39,680 nt of DNA from an uncultured archaeon. GTDB lineage: Archaea > Asgardarchaeota > Thorarchaeia > Thorarchaeales > Thorarchaeaceae. Shown here piece by piece: positions 1 through 9,180 of the stretch. The notes under the pieces are model-generated. The model saw only the letters and a program-made list of their open reading frames with translations, was not told the DNA's origin and made no database searches. Where the stretch lies: the NCBI GenBank assembly GCA_964590575.1, contig CAZPWM010000023.1, positions 1 to 39,680 of the forward strand, written 5' to 3'. Both the position numbers and the translations under genes were made by a program. The first letter of the stretch is position 1. The number at the start of each line of letters is the position of its first letter.

Positions 1-219
1 CAGTAGGTTTACGAGTCTATTCCAGCTTACATCGCCCTCGAGGCAGTTACCGCGGTCGCTGAATATATTGTACTGTCCTGAATCATATGGTGAAGCTACA
101 TCTGCTGGATCTTTGAACTTACTAGTGAGCTCTACTATCGTATCTTTCAGAGTATAAACAGTCTGTTTCAACTCATGAACTTCCTTTCGGAGTTCCTTCA
201 GTTCTTTATCTTCTGTCAA
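1..219 (-). CDS. hypothetical protein with N-terminal coiled coil, partial (runs off window start)
   Basis: Read manually: TTG at 219 preceded by an AGGGGG RBS-like run; open frame MTEDKELKELRKEVHELKQTVYTLKDTIVELTSKF...WNRLVNLL to position 1; lies 17 bp downstream of 237..584 on the same strand. Confidence 0.7.
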   Translation of the reverse strand, partial: MTEDKELKELRKEVHELKQTVYTLKDTIVELTSKFKDPADVASPYDSGQYNIFSDRGNCLEGDVSWNRLVNLL

Positions 220-236
220 GCGTAATCCCCCTAATT

Positions 237-584
237 CTAGCACTTTTCATAATCTGGTCGAAACTCGATATAATTCCTCTTCTTTTTCTTCTTCTCCAGA
301 CATTCTTTGATCTCATCAGCCTCAAAATCAATCTCTTGTGTTGATTCGTATGTCTCCATATTATCTATGTTCTCTTCATCGTGTGACAAAGAATCAGCTT
401 CACTAGGCAAGACATTGGTCCTATCGGGCCGCTTATGACCGCTCGGTTTGGAAGTAATTGACTCTGTCGAGGATTCTAGCAGCTCATAATCAGATTTCTC
501 CATTCGAAGGATATTGTCGAGAATCTCTCTTGTTTCCTTCATACAAGGGTCTCGTTTATGATGATACGTCACTGATTCCGACAA
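237..584 (-). CDS. hypothetical acidic/low-complexity protein
   Basis: 115-aa ORF filling the gap between trmI and the partial ORF; acidic middle, basic KKKKKR tail; upstream BRE/TATA-like AAAGGCTTATAT on the minus strand. Confidence 0.6.
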   Translation of the reverse strand: MSESVTYHHKRDPCMKETREILDNILRMEKSDYELLESSTESITSKPSGHKRPDRTNVLPSEADSLSHDEENIDNMETYESTQEIDFEADEIKECLEKKKKKRNYIEFRPDYEKC

Positions 585-657
585 CCGTCAACAATAATCA
601 ACAATCAACACACATAGAAATCAAGAGAATATAAGCCTTTAGTTGGACGTTTTTCCT

Positions 658-1443
658 CTACAAGTGTTCTTGAATCATGGTTCTGGCGAAGGTGATGTAT
701 CCCGTATGAGCAACCATCCAGGTCGTAGGTCGGGTCTTGTTCTCGCGTACCATGATCTCTCTCTGCAAGACTTCAAGGGTCTTTATCATACCCCATTTTC
801 CCTCAGTCCCGAGCGCCTTACAAGTTTTCATTGTCTGTTCAATGGTTGGACTGTAACTTGCTATGTAGCGACTTGGCTTTAGGACTCGGTGTGCTTCATC
901 AGTTAGTTCCCATGGTGTGGCTAAGTCTAGGACCACTGCATCAAGATTCTCTTCTTTGATACCCTCAAGAATGTCTTGGTGATGCATTGTAATGTTCTCA
1001 GTTAATCCAAACTTTTCAAGATTCTTTTTCGCTCCGATGTACATGTCTTCCCTGATCTCGTATGTATAGACCTGCCCAGAAGGGCCGACAGCTCTTGAAA
1101 GAATGCTTGTGAGTGCACCAGAACCAGTACCCGATTCGACAACCCGCGCCCCCGCACCTATACCTGCTTCAACAAGAATAGTACCAGCATCTTTCGGATA
1201 GACGATCTGAGTGTTCCTGCCCATGGCAATCTGGATGTCTGTGGGACTTGGTCGGTGGATTTGGAATATGATTCCAGAATGACTCTCAATCTTGATTCCG
1301 TAAGGTTTTCCAATCAGGTCATCAAACTTGATTATTCCCTTGTTGGAGTGAAACTCTGTGCCGGCGACGACTTTTCGTATCCAATTCCGTTTAGCATCTA
1401 GGAATATGAATACGTGACTGCCATCCTGAATCAAGTCTTGCAT
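658..1443 (-). CDS. trmI: tRNA (adenine-57/58-N1)-methyltransferase
   Basis: TQIVYPKD motif, SAM-binding ESGTGSGALT, LDLATPW, YSPTIEQ and C-terminal RP..MVAHTGY, all typical of TrmI/Gcd14. Confidence 0.95.
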   Translation of the reverse strand: MQDLIQDGSHVFIFLDAKRNWIRKVVAGTEFHSNKGIIKFDDLIGKPYGIKIESHSGIIFQIHRPSPTDIQIAMGRNTQIVYPKDAGTILVEAGIGAGARVVESGTGSGALTSILSRAVGPSGQVYTYEIREDMYIGAKKNLEKFGLTENITMHHQDILEGIKEENLDAVVLDLATPWELTDEAHRVLKPSRYIASYSPTIEQTMKTCKALGTEGKWGMIKTLEVLQREIMVRENKTRPTTWMVAHTGYITFARTMIQEHL

Positions 1444-1520
1444 GATGTGTCCCTCATAGGTTCTTGTTTTGAGTGTTGCTAACCAGCTGTTCTAATTAAA
1501 AATAGAATCGCGCGGTGCTA

Positions 1521-1561
1521 CAAAGATTTATCCGAAGTCAGATTCGAGTCGTCCGGAGGTG
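1521..1561 (+). promoter_or_regulatory. putative archaeal BRE/TATA (AAAGATTTAT) and Shine-Dalgarno GGAGGTG for the HerA-like gene
   Basis: AAAGATTTAT at 1522-1531; GGAGGTG at 1555-1561, 5 nt before the TTG at 1567. Confidence 0.5.
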
Positions 1562-1566
1562 CTCGT

Positions 1567-3750
1567 TTGAGAAAACCATCCACGCCAGATGAAGATGAAA
1601 TTGATGCCGCCAGTTTTGCAGACAAACCAGTAGACCTCCTACCAAAATCCGCACTTCCGTACCACCCACGGGTTGGAGACTCACTTGACCTACTTGTTGA
1701 CCTCAGTGTTGGAGTCGTACTTGGTCGTTCAGAGTCTTTCCATCGAAAGTACCACGCAGGTGGTCTAGGAACAATCGGTGGAGTATCAGAGACCTCTGAT
1801 GATATTCTCACTACTTTGATGGGAATGCCTGTCAATTTGGACTTGATGAGCCCGCACGTAATGTTTGTAGCAGGTAAGCGAGGCTCAGGGAAAAGCTATA
1901 CCCTCGGCATCATTGCCGAAGAACTCGCTCTTGCCATGGAACGCAGGGAAATCGAAGTTGCTGCAGTTGTAGTGGATACAGTTGATGTCTTCAGACAGAT
2001 GGTAGATTCAAATGACGAGCAGGTTGATCTCCTGAAGAAGTGGAACCTTGAAGCTAAGGGATTCCCAGTTGCAGTCTACATTCCTCGTAGAACCTATGTA
2101 GGACTTCCAGATGAGGTAAAGAAGAAAGCTAGACTATTCCCCCTATCTATCGGACCCAAGGAACTCACAGTATCAGACTGGGGTTATGTCCTTGAGAAGG
2201 GAGGCACTCTGAGTACTACTATGGAGAATCTCATAGGAGAGACCTTGGACAGTGTTCGAAAGGGCTACACCTTAGATTCTGGTGAAAAAGTTACCCTCAA
2301 ACGTGACTTCAGTATTAAAGACATGATAAAGTGTATTGAAGTCAATCCTCAGATAAACGAGCTCTATAAACCATCCACGAGGACTGCCCTGATTCAGCGA
2401 TTGAAACGTGCAGATAGGCTCGGTGTATTCCACCCCGGAGGAACAAGTGCTCAGGACCTCGCAATTGCTGGACAGATCACTGTGATTGATGTTGCACCTC
2501 TTGGTTCTGACGCTGAATCAGTTCTTGCCATCTTGACAAACATGCTCTGTCGTCAAGTGCTGACATACAGAATGGCATGGACCGATGAGGGAGCCAGCGC
2601 CCGTGAGGAGTTGCCTCCTACTTGGTTGATTATAGATGAGGCTCACACTCTTGTCCCAAGGGCTGGTAGCACACCAGCAAAGGATGCGATCATAGGATAT
2701 GCAAAACTGGGTCGTAGGTTTGGTTGTAGTCTGGTGCTCTGCACTCAGCAACCATCAGCTGTGTCAGATGACGCCATATCTCAAGCGGATATCATTATCT
2801 CACACTCCCTCTCACATGACAATGACATTCGTGCTCTCCAGCAGAGAGCTCCTGCCGTCATGCCTGAACAATTTCGTGACAAGGTTTTCATCAGTAGCTT
2901 ACCGCGTGGAGTGGCTCTCGTCTTTGACCAGAGCACTGAGAACAAACGTGGTTTTATCATGCAGGTGCGCCCCCGGCTCTCACAACATGGCGGCACTGAC
3001 AGGCTATCAGGACTCTTCGAAGCAGTTCGTCTTTTGGTTCCAGAGAATATTGAGGATGAGCTCGAACCGGAAGTTGTTGAAGAGGAAGAACCTGAGATTA
3101 TTGAGGAACCAGAGGGTGTGATTGATGATGACCTTCCCGAAGGCCCAAGGCCTCCCTTGAAGCTCAGCAAAGAGGATTGGAAGGTCCTTGATAGCTGGAT
3201 GAAGGAATACATCAAGACCCTCTTCGACCAAGAGAAGCAGGAGTATGACATCATTGATGAACCTGCACCTCGAGTGGAAGAACCGCCTCCAGAACCCAAA
3301 TCCACCCCCATGGAGTGGGATCTTGAACGAGTCCCAATCACCGAGCTTGATGTTGATCAGATTCGCATACGGCGATTTGGCCCATTATCAGCAATACTTC
3401 TAGGGAAAGCAATGACCCGACAGGTTTTGTATAGTCGTGCTTCACATGAGTTTCTTTTCAATTCTGAGAAGGATGTGCGGGAAACCCTTCTTGTTGAACG
3501 AGGGGGTGTAGACCCACTCGAAGTGATAGAGGATGTGACCTCCGGACTAGTATCCGCGGGAATGACACTGGAAGAACTGATTCATGAGCATGATTTCACT
3601 TTCGTCTGTTTTAGAATGGATGCCTTGAGAGCCGCCTTTACTGTTGGTATTAGTGAGGACACTGTATCCATCCCCATCGTTGTGATTGGAGGAAACAAAA
3701 ACACAGTGGGGAAGCTCGCAGGTAGAATACGAGGTATTTTGCCTTCCTAG
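1567..3750 (+). CDS. HerA/FtsK-superfamily (DUF87-type) P-loop ATPase with acidic linker and unknown C-terminal domain
   Basis: Walker A GKRGSGKS, Walker B LIIDEAH, Arg-finger GRRFG and motif CTQQPS; Glu/Pro-rich linker at about aa 495-590. Confidence 0.88.
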   Translation: MRKPSTPDEDEIDAASFADKPVDLLPKSALPYHPRVGDSLDLLVDLSVGVVLGRSESFHRKYHAGGLGTIGGVSETSDDILTTLMGMPVNLDLMSPHVMFVAGKRGSGKSYTLGIIAEELALAMERREIEVAAVVVDTVDVFRQMVDSNDEQVDLLKKWNLEAKGFPVAVYIPRRTYVGLPDEVKKKARLFPLSIGPKELTVSDWGYVLEKGGTLSTTMENLIGETLDSVRKGYTLDSGEKVTLKRDFSIKDMIKCIEVNPQINELYKPSTRTALIQRLKRADRLGVFHPGGTSAQDLAIAGQITVIDVAPLGSDAESVLAILTNMLCRQVLTYRMAWTDEGASAREELPPTWLIIDEAHTLVPRAGSTPAKDAIIGYAKLGRRFGCSLVLCTQQPSAVSDDAISQADIIISHSLSHDNDIRALQQRAPAVMPEQFRDKVFISSLPRGVALVFDQSTENKRGFIMQVRPRLSQHGGTDRLSGLFEAVRLLVPENIEDELEPEVVEEEEPEIIEEPEGVIDDDLPEGPRPPLKLSKEDWKVLDSWMKEYIKTLFDQEKQEYDIIDEPAPRVEEPPPEPKSTPMEWDLERVPITELDVDQIRIRRFGPLSAILLGKAMTRQVLYSRASHEFLFNSEKDVRETLLVERGGVDPLEVIEDVTSGLVSAGMTLEELIHEHDFTFVCFRMDALRAAFTVGISEDTVSIPIVVIGGNKNTVGKLAGRIRGILPS

Positions 3751-3818
3751 AGGTCATTTTGCACCTAATGCTTGGTCTTATAAGGCTCTGACTGAAATCG
3801 GCACATCGGTGCAAGAAC

Positions 3819-4178
3819 ATGACTAGGGAAGATATTCAACCTCCTGTCAACCTGAAAATTGCTTCAATGACAGATCTAGCACGAATGCTTGTATCATGGT
3901 CTCAGAGAGACCGCCCTGCAAGCATGTTGTATTTTGAGCACAATGGTAAGCACATCTATGGGACTTTGATCTCCAATCATGGCTACTACCAATATTATGG
4001 AATGCCTCTCTGGGTCCATGCTGAAGGCGATGGCCCACCAGAGGGTAGCTTTCTAGCTTACAAGGCTCGAGACAAGGAATCTCTGACTTGGGTAGAATCC
4101 TTGGAAGGTTCAGAGCCTATGACGGTCCATTTACCTATCATCAAGTTAGCTGGAAAGCTTGAGATTCTTGATATGTAG
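3819..4178 (+). CDS. conserved archaeal hypothetical protein (resembles the TACK 'cren protein' family)
   Basis: Pattern S..DLAR...; K.HIYG...GYYQYYGMPLW...; C-terminal LPIIKL. Recognised from memory of the family only. Confidence 0.65.
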   Translation: MTREDIQPPVNLKIASMTDLARMLVSWSQRDRPASMLYFEHNGKHIYGTLISNHGYYQYYGMPLWVHAEGDGPPEGSFLAYKARDKESLTWVESLEGSEPMTVHLPIIKLAGKLEILDM

Positions 4179-4304
4179 GACCGACTTTGGGATCTAAAAC
4201 CATCACGTGATTTCTCTGCAGAGGTTCAATATAGCACGCACCAATCATCGAGTTCATAGGCAAATCTATTTTGTAGAACTTGTTTATTTTTTGAGGTTAC
4301 CAAA

Positions 4305-6224
4305 TTGGTTTCCAGTGATGAGGCTACACCCCGAACAGCTCGGGTGGCTTTGAAGAGGGATATTGGCTGGTTTGGGTCCTTCTCCATGGGGTACGCCGAC
4401 GTAGGTGCAGACATCTATGTAGCCCTTGGTCTGGTGGTTGCATATGCAGCTGGATGGGCGCCAGTTGCTTTCCTCATTGCATCAATCACGTACATAGCCA
4501 CAGGTCTTGCATATGCTGAGCTTGCCACCGCATATCCCTATGCGGGTGGTGCTCAAGTATATTCTATGAAGGCATTCAATGACTTTGCAGGTTTTCTTGC
4601 TGGTTGGCTTGTGATGTTGGACTATACAGTCTGCACAGCCCTATTTGCAATAGCCACAACTGGCTATCTCACGTTCTTCTTTCCAATACTTGTCCAGACA
4701 AGTTTCATTGTTTCAATTCTGGGTTTTCAACTGACAATCAGTGCCATCGGAGCCATCGCGTTTTTGATTGTAGTCCTTCTCATTGGTATCAATCTCGTAG
4801 GAATCAAAGAAGCGTCGAATCTCAACATTGTCATGGTAAGCCTCAATATCGGTGTGCTTTCATTAATCATCATTCTAGGTTTATTCCTATCTTTCAATAT
4901 TGGCTTATTCAACGCACAAGTTGTAATCCGTGGTTTGCCTGATCAGGTTGGACACATTTCCTATATCTGGAGCGCTGATTATAGTAATCAAAACTTTCTA
5001 TATGCTGTGACCCTGGCAATGAGCTCTTTCATTGGCATAGAGTCAATTGCGCAAGCTGCAGAAGAAACAAAGCGTCCTGACAGAACTATTCCCCGGGCTA
5101 CGAAAATGTCCATAATCTCTGTTCTTGTCTTTGCAGTTGGGCTATCTTTCATATGTCTCGGGATGATACCCTGGGAAACATTAGCGGCAAACCTTTCCAA
5201 TCCGATTTCAGCCTTAGTTCAGTCTATCCCATTTTTCGGACAATCTGTCTATTTCCTCGCAATCATAGCATTCACAGGATTTGCTATATGTCTTGTATCC
5301 TCTAACACAGGAATCATTGGAGTGTCAAGAGTTGTCTTCTCAATGAGTAACTTCGGCCTACTTCCTAAATGGTTCTCAAAGATTAATCCCAAGACAAGGA
5401 CGCCTGTGAGAACAATAATTGTCTTCGGTTCTATTGGCGCAATACTGGCACTTATTGGACACCTAGACTGGGTTGCAGACCTTTACAACTTTGGCGCCCT
5501 TCTTTCATATTTAATGGTTAATATCTCTCTCATTGTTCTAAGACAAACAGATCGTGAAACCTATCGTTCGTGGAAAGTCCCATTCTCCTTTAGATTGAAT
5601 TACAAAGGTCGAAAATATGAGATTCCACTTCCCAGCTTTCTTGGAATTATAGCATGTTCTTCTATTTGGGCTCTTGTCGTACTCTTTCATCCAATGGGCC
5701 GGCTCTTAGGATTTAGCTGGACTGGTATTGGCATCATCATCTACGTCTTACACCGTCGTCATATTGGGATGCCGCTCATAAGCAATGATATTGGCTCAAC
5801 AATCAAACCCATGACCTACAAGATGAATGCCTTGGTGCTGCTCCGTCCAGAAGAGAAGGAAGAAGTCGCTGAATCAATCTCAAGTAGTCTAGATGCAAGA
5901 TTCCGCTTAACTCTGATGAGTATAATCTCAACGGATAAGTGGGAACTGTCCCTATCAAAAGCTGACGAATATAAGCGGCTTCTTGAATCCGATCTTAAAG
6001 AAATAGCTCAAAGCCTTGAATCATCTGGGTTCGAAACAGAATTGAATGTGCAATTGGGTTCACTAAAAAGAATAGTAGCAGAGGCTGCTGCTTCTGAAAA
6101 CTACGATTTCATTGTCTTGCTACGGGGAAAGGTGTTTAAGAAAGGGAAGAGAAATGGCTTCGAAGATATGATATCCTTTGTTTCTACAGTCGCTCCTGGA
6201 AAACTAATGGTGGTACGCAGATAA
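4305..6224 (+). CDS. APC-superfamily permease with C-terminal soluble USP-like domain
   Basis: About 12 TM helices; YAELATAYPYAGG, GIESIAQAAEET..P, SRVVFSMS..GLLP.WFSKI.P...TP; about 130-aa cytoplasmic tail. Confidence 0.92.
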   Translation: MVSSDEATPRTARVALKRDIGWFGSFSMGYADVGADIYVALGLVVAYAAGWAPVAFLIASITYIATGLAYAELATAYPYAGGAQVYSMKAFNDFAGFLAGWLVMLDYTVCTALFAIATTGYLTFFFPILVQTSFIVSILGFQLTISAIGAIAFLIVVLLIGINLVGIKEASNLNIVMVSLNIGVLSLIIILGLFLSFNIGLFNAQVVIRGLPDQVGHISYIWSADYSNQNFLYAVTLAMSSFIGIESIAQAAEETKRPDRTIPRATKMSIISVLVFAVGLSFICLGMIPWETLAANLSNPISALVQSIPFFGQSVYFLAIIAFTGFAICLVSSNTGIIGVSRVVFSMSNFGLLPKWFSKINPKTRTPVRTIIVFGSIGAILALIGHLDWVADLYNFGALLSYLMVNISLIVLRQTDRETYRSWKVPFSFRLNYKGRKYEIPLPSFLGIIACSSIWALVVLFHPMGRLLGFSWTGIGIIIYVLHRRHIGMPLISNDIGSTIKPMTYKMNALVLLRPEEKEEVAESISSSLDARFRLTLMSIISTDKWELSLSKADEYKRLLESDLKEIAQSLESSGFETELNVQLGSLKRIVAEAAASENYDFIVLLRGKVFKKGKRNGFEDMISFVSTVAPGKLMVVRR

Positions 6225-6490
6225 TGTCAAAGATACGCGTCATTCTTAACGTAACAATCGAATCCCGAGACCTGGACGATGTTTCAAAAGCTCTCGCAGA
6301 ATTACCTGAGGTTACTGATGTCTATGAAGTTACAGGAGAGTCCGACATAGTTGCGATCGTGGAGGCTGATGACGTAGTAGACTTCAGAAACATGCTAAAG
6401 AACAAGATTCTGAAAATTGATGGTGTAAAGACCACGGTTTCAAGCGTCATCATGTATGTTCACAAGAAAGATGGTGAAAGTGTCGACTAG
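6224..6490 (+). CDS. stand-alone Lrp/AsnC ligand-binding (RAM) domain protein
   Basis: LPEVTDVYEVTGESDIVAIV...ILKIDGVKTT signature with no HTH; TAATG overlap with the permease stop. Confidence 0.9.
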   Translation: MSKIRVILNVTIESRDLDDVSKALAELPEVTDVYEVTGESDIVAIVEADDVVDFRNMLKNKILKIDGVKTTVSSVIMYVHKKDGESVD

Positions 6491-6506
6491 TTCAGGAGGG
6501 TGATAT

Positions 6507-6935
6507 ATGGGTAGTATAGATGATGCTGTTCTAATGCCCGTATCGGGGCAGATTGAGTACTCAGACATGGTCGCTGCGATGCTTCCCTTATTGAAGTTTC
6601 AAACAAGTCATATCACACTACTTCATGTTATTGAAGCACCAATCTCCACCCCCTTACAGTCAGAGGGCATGGAGGAGATATTCAGAGAGGCCGAGATGCA
6701 GGTTCAACCATTACAAGACTGGTTGAACAAGCAAGGGTACATTGCTGAAATAAAACTCGTCACAGCACGTAATGTATCTTCAGCAATAGCAGAAGAAGCA
6801 GGCACCACCAAGTATTCCCTAATATTCATGATGAAGCGGCGGAGGAAAAAGGGCATTCTTGGGCTCTTTTCTAAAAGCGTCACTGAATCTGTGATTCGAA
6901 ATGTTGACTGTCCTGTCGTAACTATCCTCGTTTAG
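6507..6935 (+). CDS. universal stress protein (UspA family)
   Basis: ITLLHVIE and SVTESVIRNVDCPVV signature; RBS AGGAGGGTG upstream. Confidence 0.9.
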   Translation: MGSIDDAVLMPVSGQIEYSDMVAAMLPLLKFQTSHITLLHVIEAPISTPLQSEGMEEIFREAEMQVQPLQDWLNKQGYIAEIKLVTARNVSSAIAEEAGTTKYSLIFMMKRRRKKGILGLFSKSVTESVIRNVDCPVVTILV

Positions 6936-7036
6936 AAGTCTGACAGATCCTGCTGAGATCCACAAAATACTCTATCTAACTCTGATTCTTTCAGTTTCTT
7001 ATCCTATCGAGTTTCTCTCTAGTATCTTCTAAGAAT

Positions 7037-8077
7037 TCAGTAAATCTCCCTAGAAGATGCACGAAGATAGCTCACAGCTGTGAGTCCGGCGTATACCAAG
7101 AAAGCAAGCCAGATGATTGCTGTAATGAGCAGTAGATTTGTCTTAAAGAACAGCTCGACAACGAGAAAGAGACCTATCACAAAGAGGTTTGAAGCCCCTC
7201 CGATTGTCGTATCATTTCTTACCTTGAGCGCGAATTTCACAATGTACATGATTGCCACTATAGATAACGAAACCCAGTTGATGAAACTCGTGAACAAGAT
7301 TGACTGATTTAAGAATGGAATAACCCCCAATGGCGTTGGGATTGGTGGGAGATACAGTATCAGGAACACAATGAAGAGAATGAACTCTCCTATCCGTATC
7401 CACTTTGTCGGTGTCTTCGTATAGATTTCACCGTAGAGCCCCTTGTCATACTCCTGCGCACCGAAATAGATGAAGTAGATTGGAGCTCCAAAACTGAGTG
7501 AGTTGACAAGACACTGAGCAAAGCCGTACACGACCTGCAACCAGAATGTTTCCCATGTGGCAAGGATGTATTCCCACACATCTATGTAGTTCGGAAGGAA
7601 CTCCAACATGACAAATGTTGGGAGGATGCAAAGGGCAAGAGCCCCTATTATCGCGAGTAACGCGCCAGGTTTTCCCCCTCCGAATTTTCCTAAACCAATT
7701 CTGAAGAACACAGTCCCAGCAACATAGAGGCCGAGGACTATCGCTAAGGGTGGAGTTGTCATTGGAAGTACAAACAACATCAGTACGAAGGCGGCGTTTA
7801 TTCCATAGAACACACGCCATCGAAGTGGAACACTTGAGATGGTGTCATCCATGATGTAAACAGTGTTTGCCAATCTGAAGCGCTGGTAGTAGATGAGACC
7901 AAGCCAGGGTGCGGAGAATACGATTGGTACCGCGATGTAATGGAAGAGCCAGTCAAACATTGGATCCCCAAATGGAGTCATCTGTGGAATGAACAACATC
8001 AGTAGGAAGAAGTAGATGGGTCCAATGAATGCTAGTAGAACAACAGCAATTCGAGTAGGTATCCAATCGGGGCTCAA
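7037..8077 (-). CDS. multi-pass integral membrane protein of unknown function
   Basis: About 9-10 hydrophobic segments. Start moved from 8230 (which overlaps pyrF) to the TTG at 8077, preceded by GGAGAGG. Confidence 0.8.
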   Translation of the reverse strand: MSPDWIPTRIAVVLLAFIGPIYFFLLMLFIPQMTPFGDPMFDWLFHYIAVPIVFSAPWLGLIYYQRFRLANTVYIMDDTISSVPLRWRVFYGINAAFVLMLFVLPMTTPPLAIVLGLYVAGTVFFRIGLGKFGGGKPGALLAIIGALALCILPTFVMLEFLPNYIDVWEYILATWETFWLQVVYGFAQCLVNSLSFGAPIYFIYFGAQEYDKGLYGEIYTKTPTKWIRIGEFILFIVFLILYLPPIPTPLGVIPFLNQSILFTSFINWVSLSIVAIMYIVKFALKVRNDTTIGGASNLFVIGLFLVVELFFKTNLLLITAIIWLAFLVYAGLTAVSYLRASSREIY

Positions 8078-8196
8078 TGTGACCTCTCCACTTTCCTGTG
8101 TGTTAGATACGATATAAGTGTACACGAGATTTATTTGGAAGTATATTGAGGGGTTACCTATTCCATTGGAACATGTGTAAATCCTGTGGAATAGGT

Positions 8197-8988
8197 GTGG
8201 GTCGCGTGTATAAGAGGAAACTTTCAGCATCGAGTTTTGTGAGAAAGAGCAAGTTGATTATCGGACTTGATCTTGTAGCTAACATGGCAGGAAAAGATGG
8301 GCCTGGAGTAACTGTAGAGAAAGAACGACTTGAACGAGAGGCTCTGAAAATTGTTACTACCACAGCTGAACATGCTGTCGCTTTCAAAATCAATCGACAT
8401 CTGATTCTACCTGTCGGTCTTTTCGAAGGAATACCGCGCATTATTGATGCGATTCATGATGCAGGTATAACAGCTATAGCTGACATTAAACTGAATGATA
8501 TTGGAAATACAAACAAGGTCCTTGCCAAGTACTATTTTGATGCAGGTTTTGATGCCCTCATTGTGAACCCACTTGTTGGGATGGAGGGTGGACTGAGTAG
8601 TGTCTTTGAGATGGCTACTCTTCGGAAGCGTGGTATAATCACACTATGCTACATGTCCCATCCTGGAGCGAGGGAAGGATACGGACTATATGTTTCTCCT
8701 GACGGAAAGCAGAAAGCTGAACCATTCTATCATCACTTCGCTCGTATAGCAAGGAAATGGGACACTGATGGGGTAATAGTAGGAGCAACTCATCCTGAGA
8801 AGATTACAGAAGTCAGAGAAATCCTGGGACCAGAGATTCCCATCATAAGCCCTGGAGTTGGAGCTCAGGGTGGTAGTGCACGAACTGCCGTTGACGCCGG
8901 TGCTGACTTTGTCATCGCAGCTCGTTCAATTGTGGAAGCTGCTGACCCTGCAGCCGCAGCTTTGTCTATTGCAGCAGAGATTCGCTGA
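8197..8988 (+). CDS. pyrF: orotidine-5'-phosphate decarboxylase
   Basis: Catalytic DIKLNDIGNT, IIGLD, MSHPG, VGAT, PGVGAQGG, ARSI. Start uncertain (8146, 8173 or 8197). Confidence 0.93.
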   Translation: MGRVYKRKLSASSFVRKSKLIIGLDLVANMAGKDGPGVTVEKERLEREALKIVTTTAEHAVAFKINRHLILPVGLFEGIPRIIDAIHDAGITAIADIKLNDIGNTNKVLAKYYFDAGFDALIVNPLVGMEGGLSSVFEMATLRKRGIITLCYMSHPGAREGYGLYVSPDGKQKAEPFYHHFARIARKWDTDGVIVGATHPEKITEVREILGPEIPIISPGVGAQGGSARTAVDAGADFVIAARSIVEAADPAAAALSIAAEIR

Positions 8989-9122
8989 CCTTGTTTCGAG
9001 TTTCAGTTTGTGCAAATGCACGTAATGGACGTCCACTTGTGTACATCGCAGTTCAGAAGGGAACAATAAAACCAACACCATTGCGGAAAAGGATAAAGGC
9101 TAGACTTCGCATTTCATGTACA

Positions 9123-9169
9123 GAAGTGTGCATGCTTCGAAACCTGAGGATTAGCTTCAAATCCTCTGG
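9123..9169 (+). promoter_or_regulatory. tandem stem-loops in the leader of the aminotransferase
   Basis: GAAGTG-TGCA-TGCTTC (9123-9138) and CC-T-GAGGATT-AGCTTCA-AATCCTC-T-GG (9143-9169), which abuts the GGAG RBS. Confidence 0.35.
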
Positions 9170-9180
9170 AGCGGAAACAA

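Noticed and set aside
2781-3341. 186-aa Ser-rich minus-strand ORF
   Set aside because: Antisense shadow of the Glu/Asp-rich linker of the HerA-like gene.
1567-4178. HerA-based anti-phage defence system
   Set aside because: No Sir2, nuclease or DUF4297-like partner is adjacent, and the context is housekeeping.
8078-8230. N-terminal extension of the membrane protein ORF
   Set aside because: It overlaps pyrF and the divergent promoter region; a better RBS-supported TTG exists at 8077.
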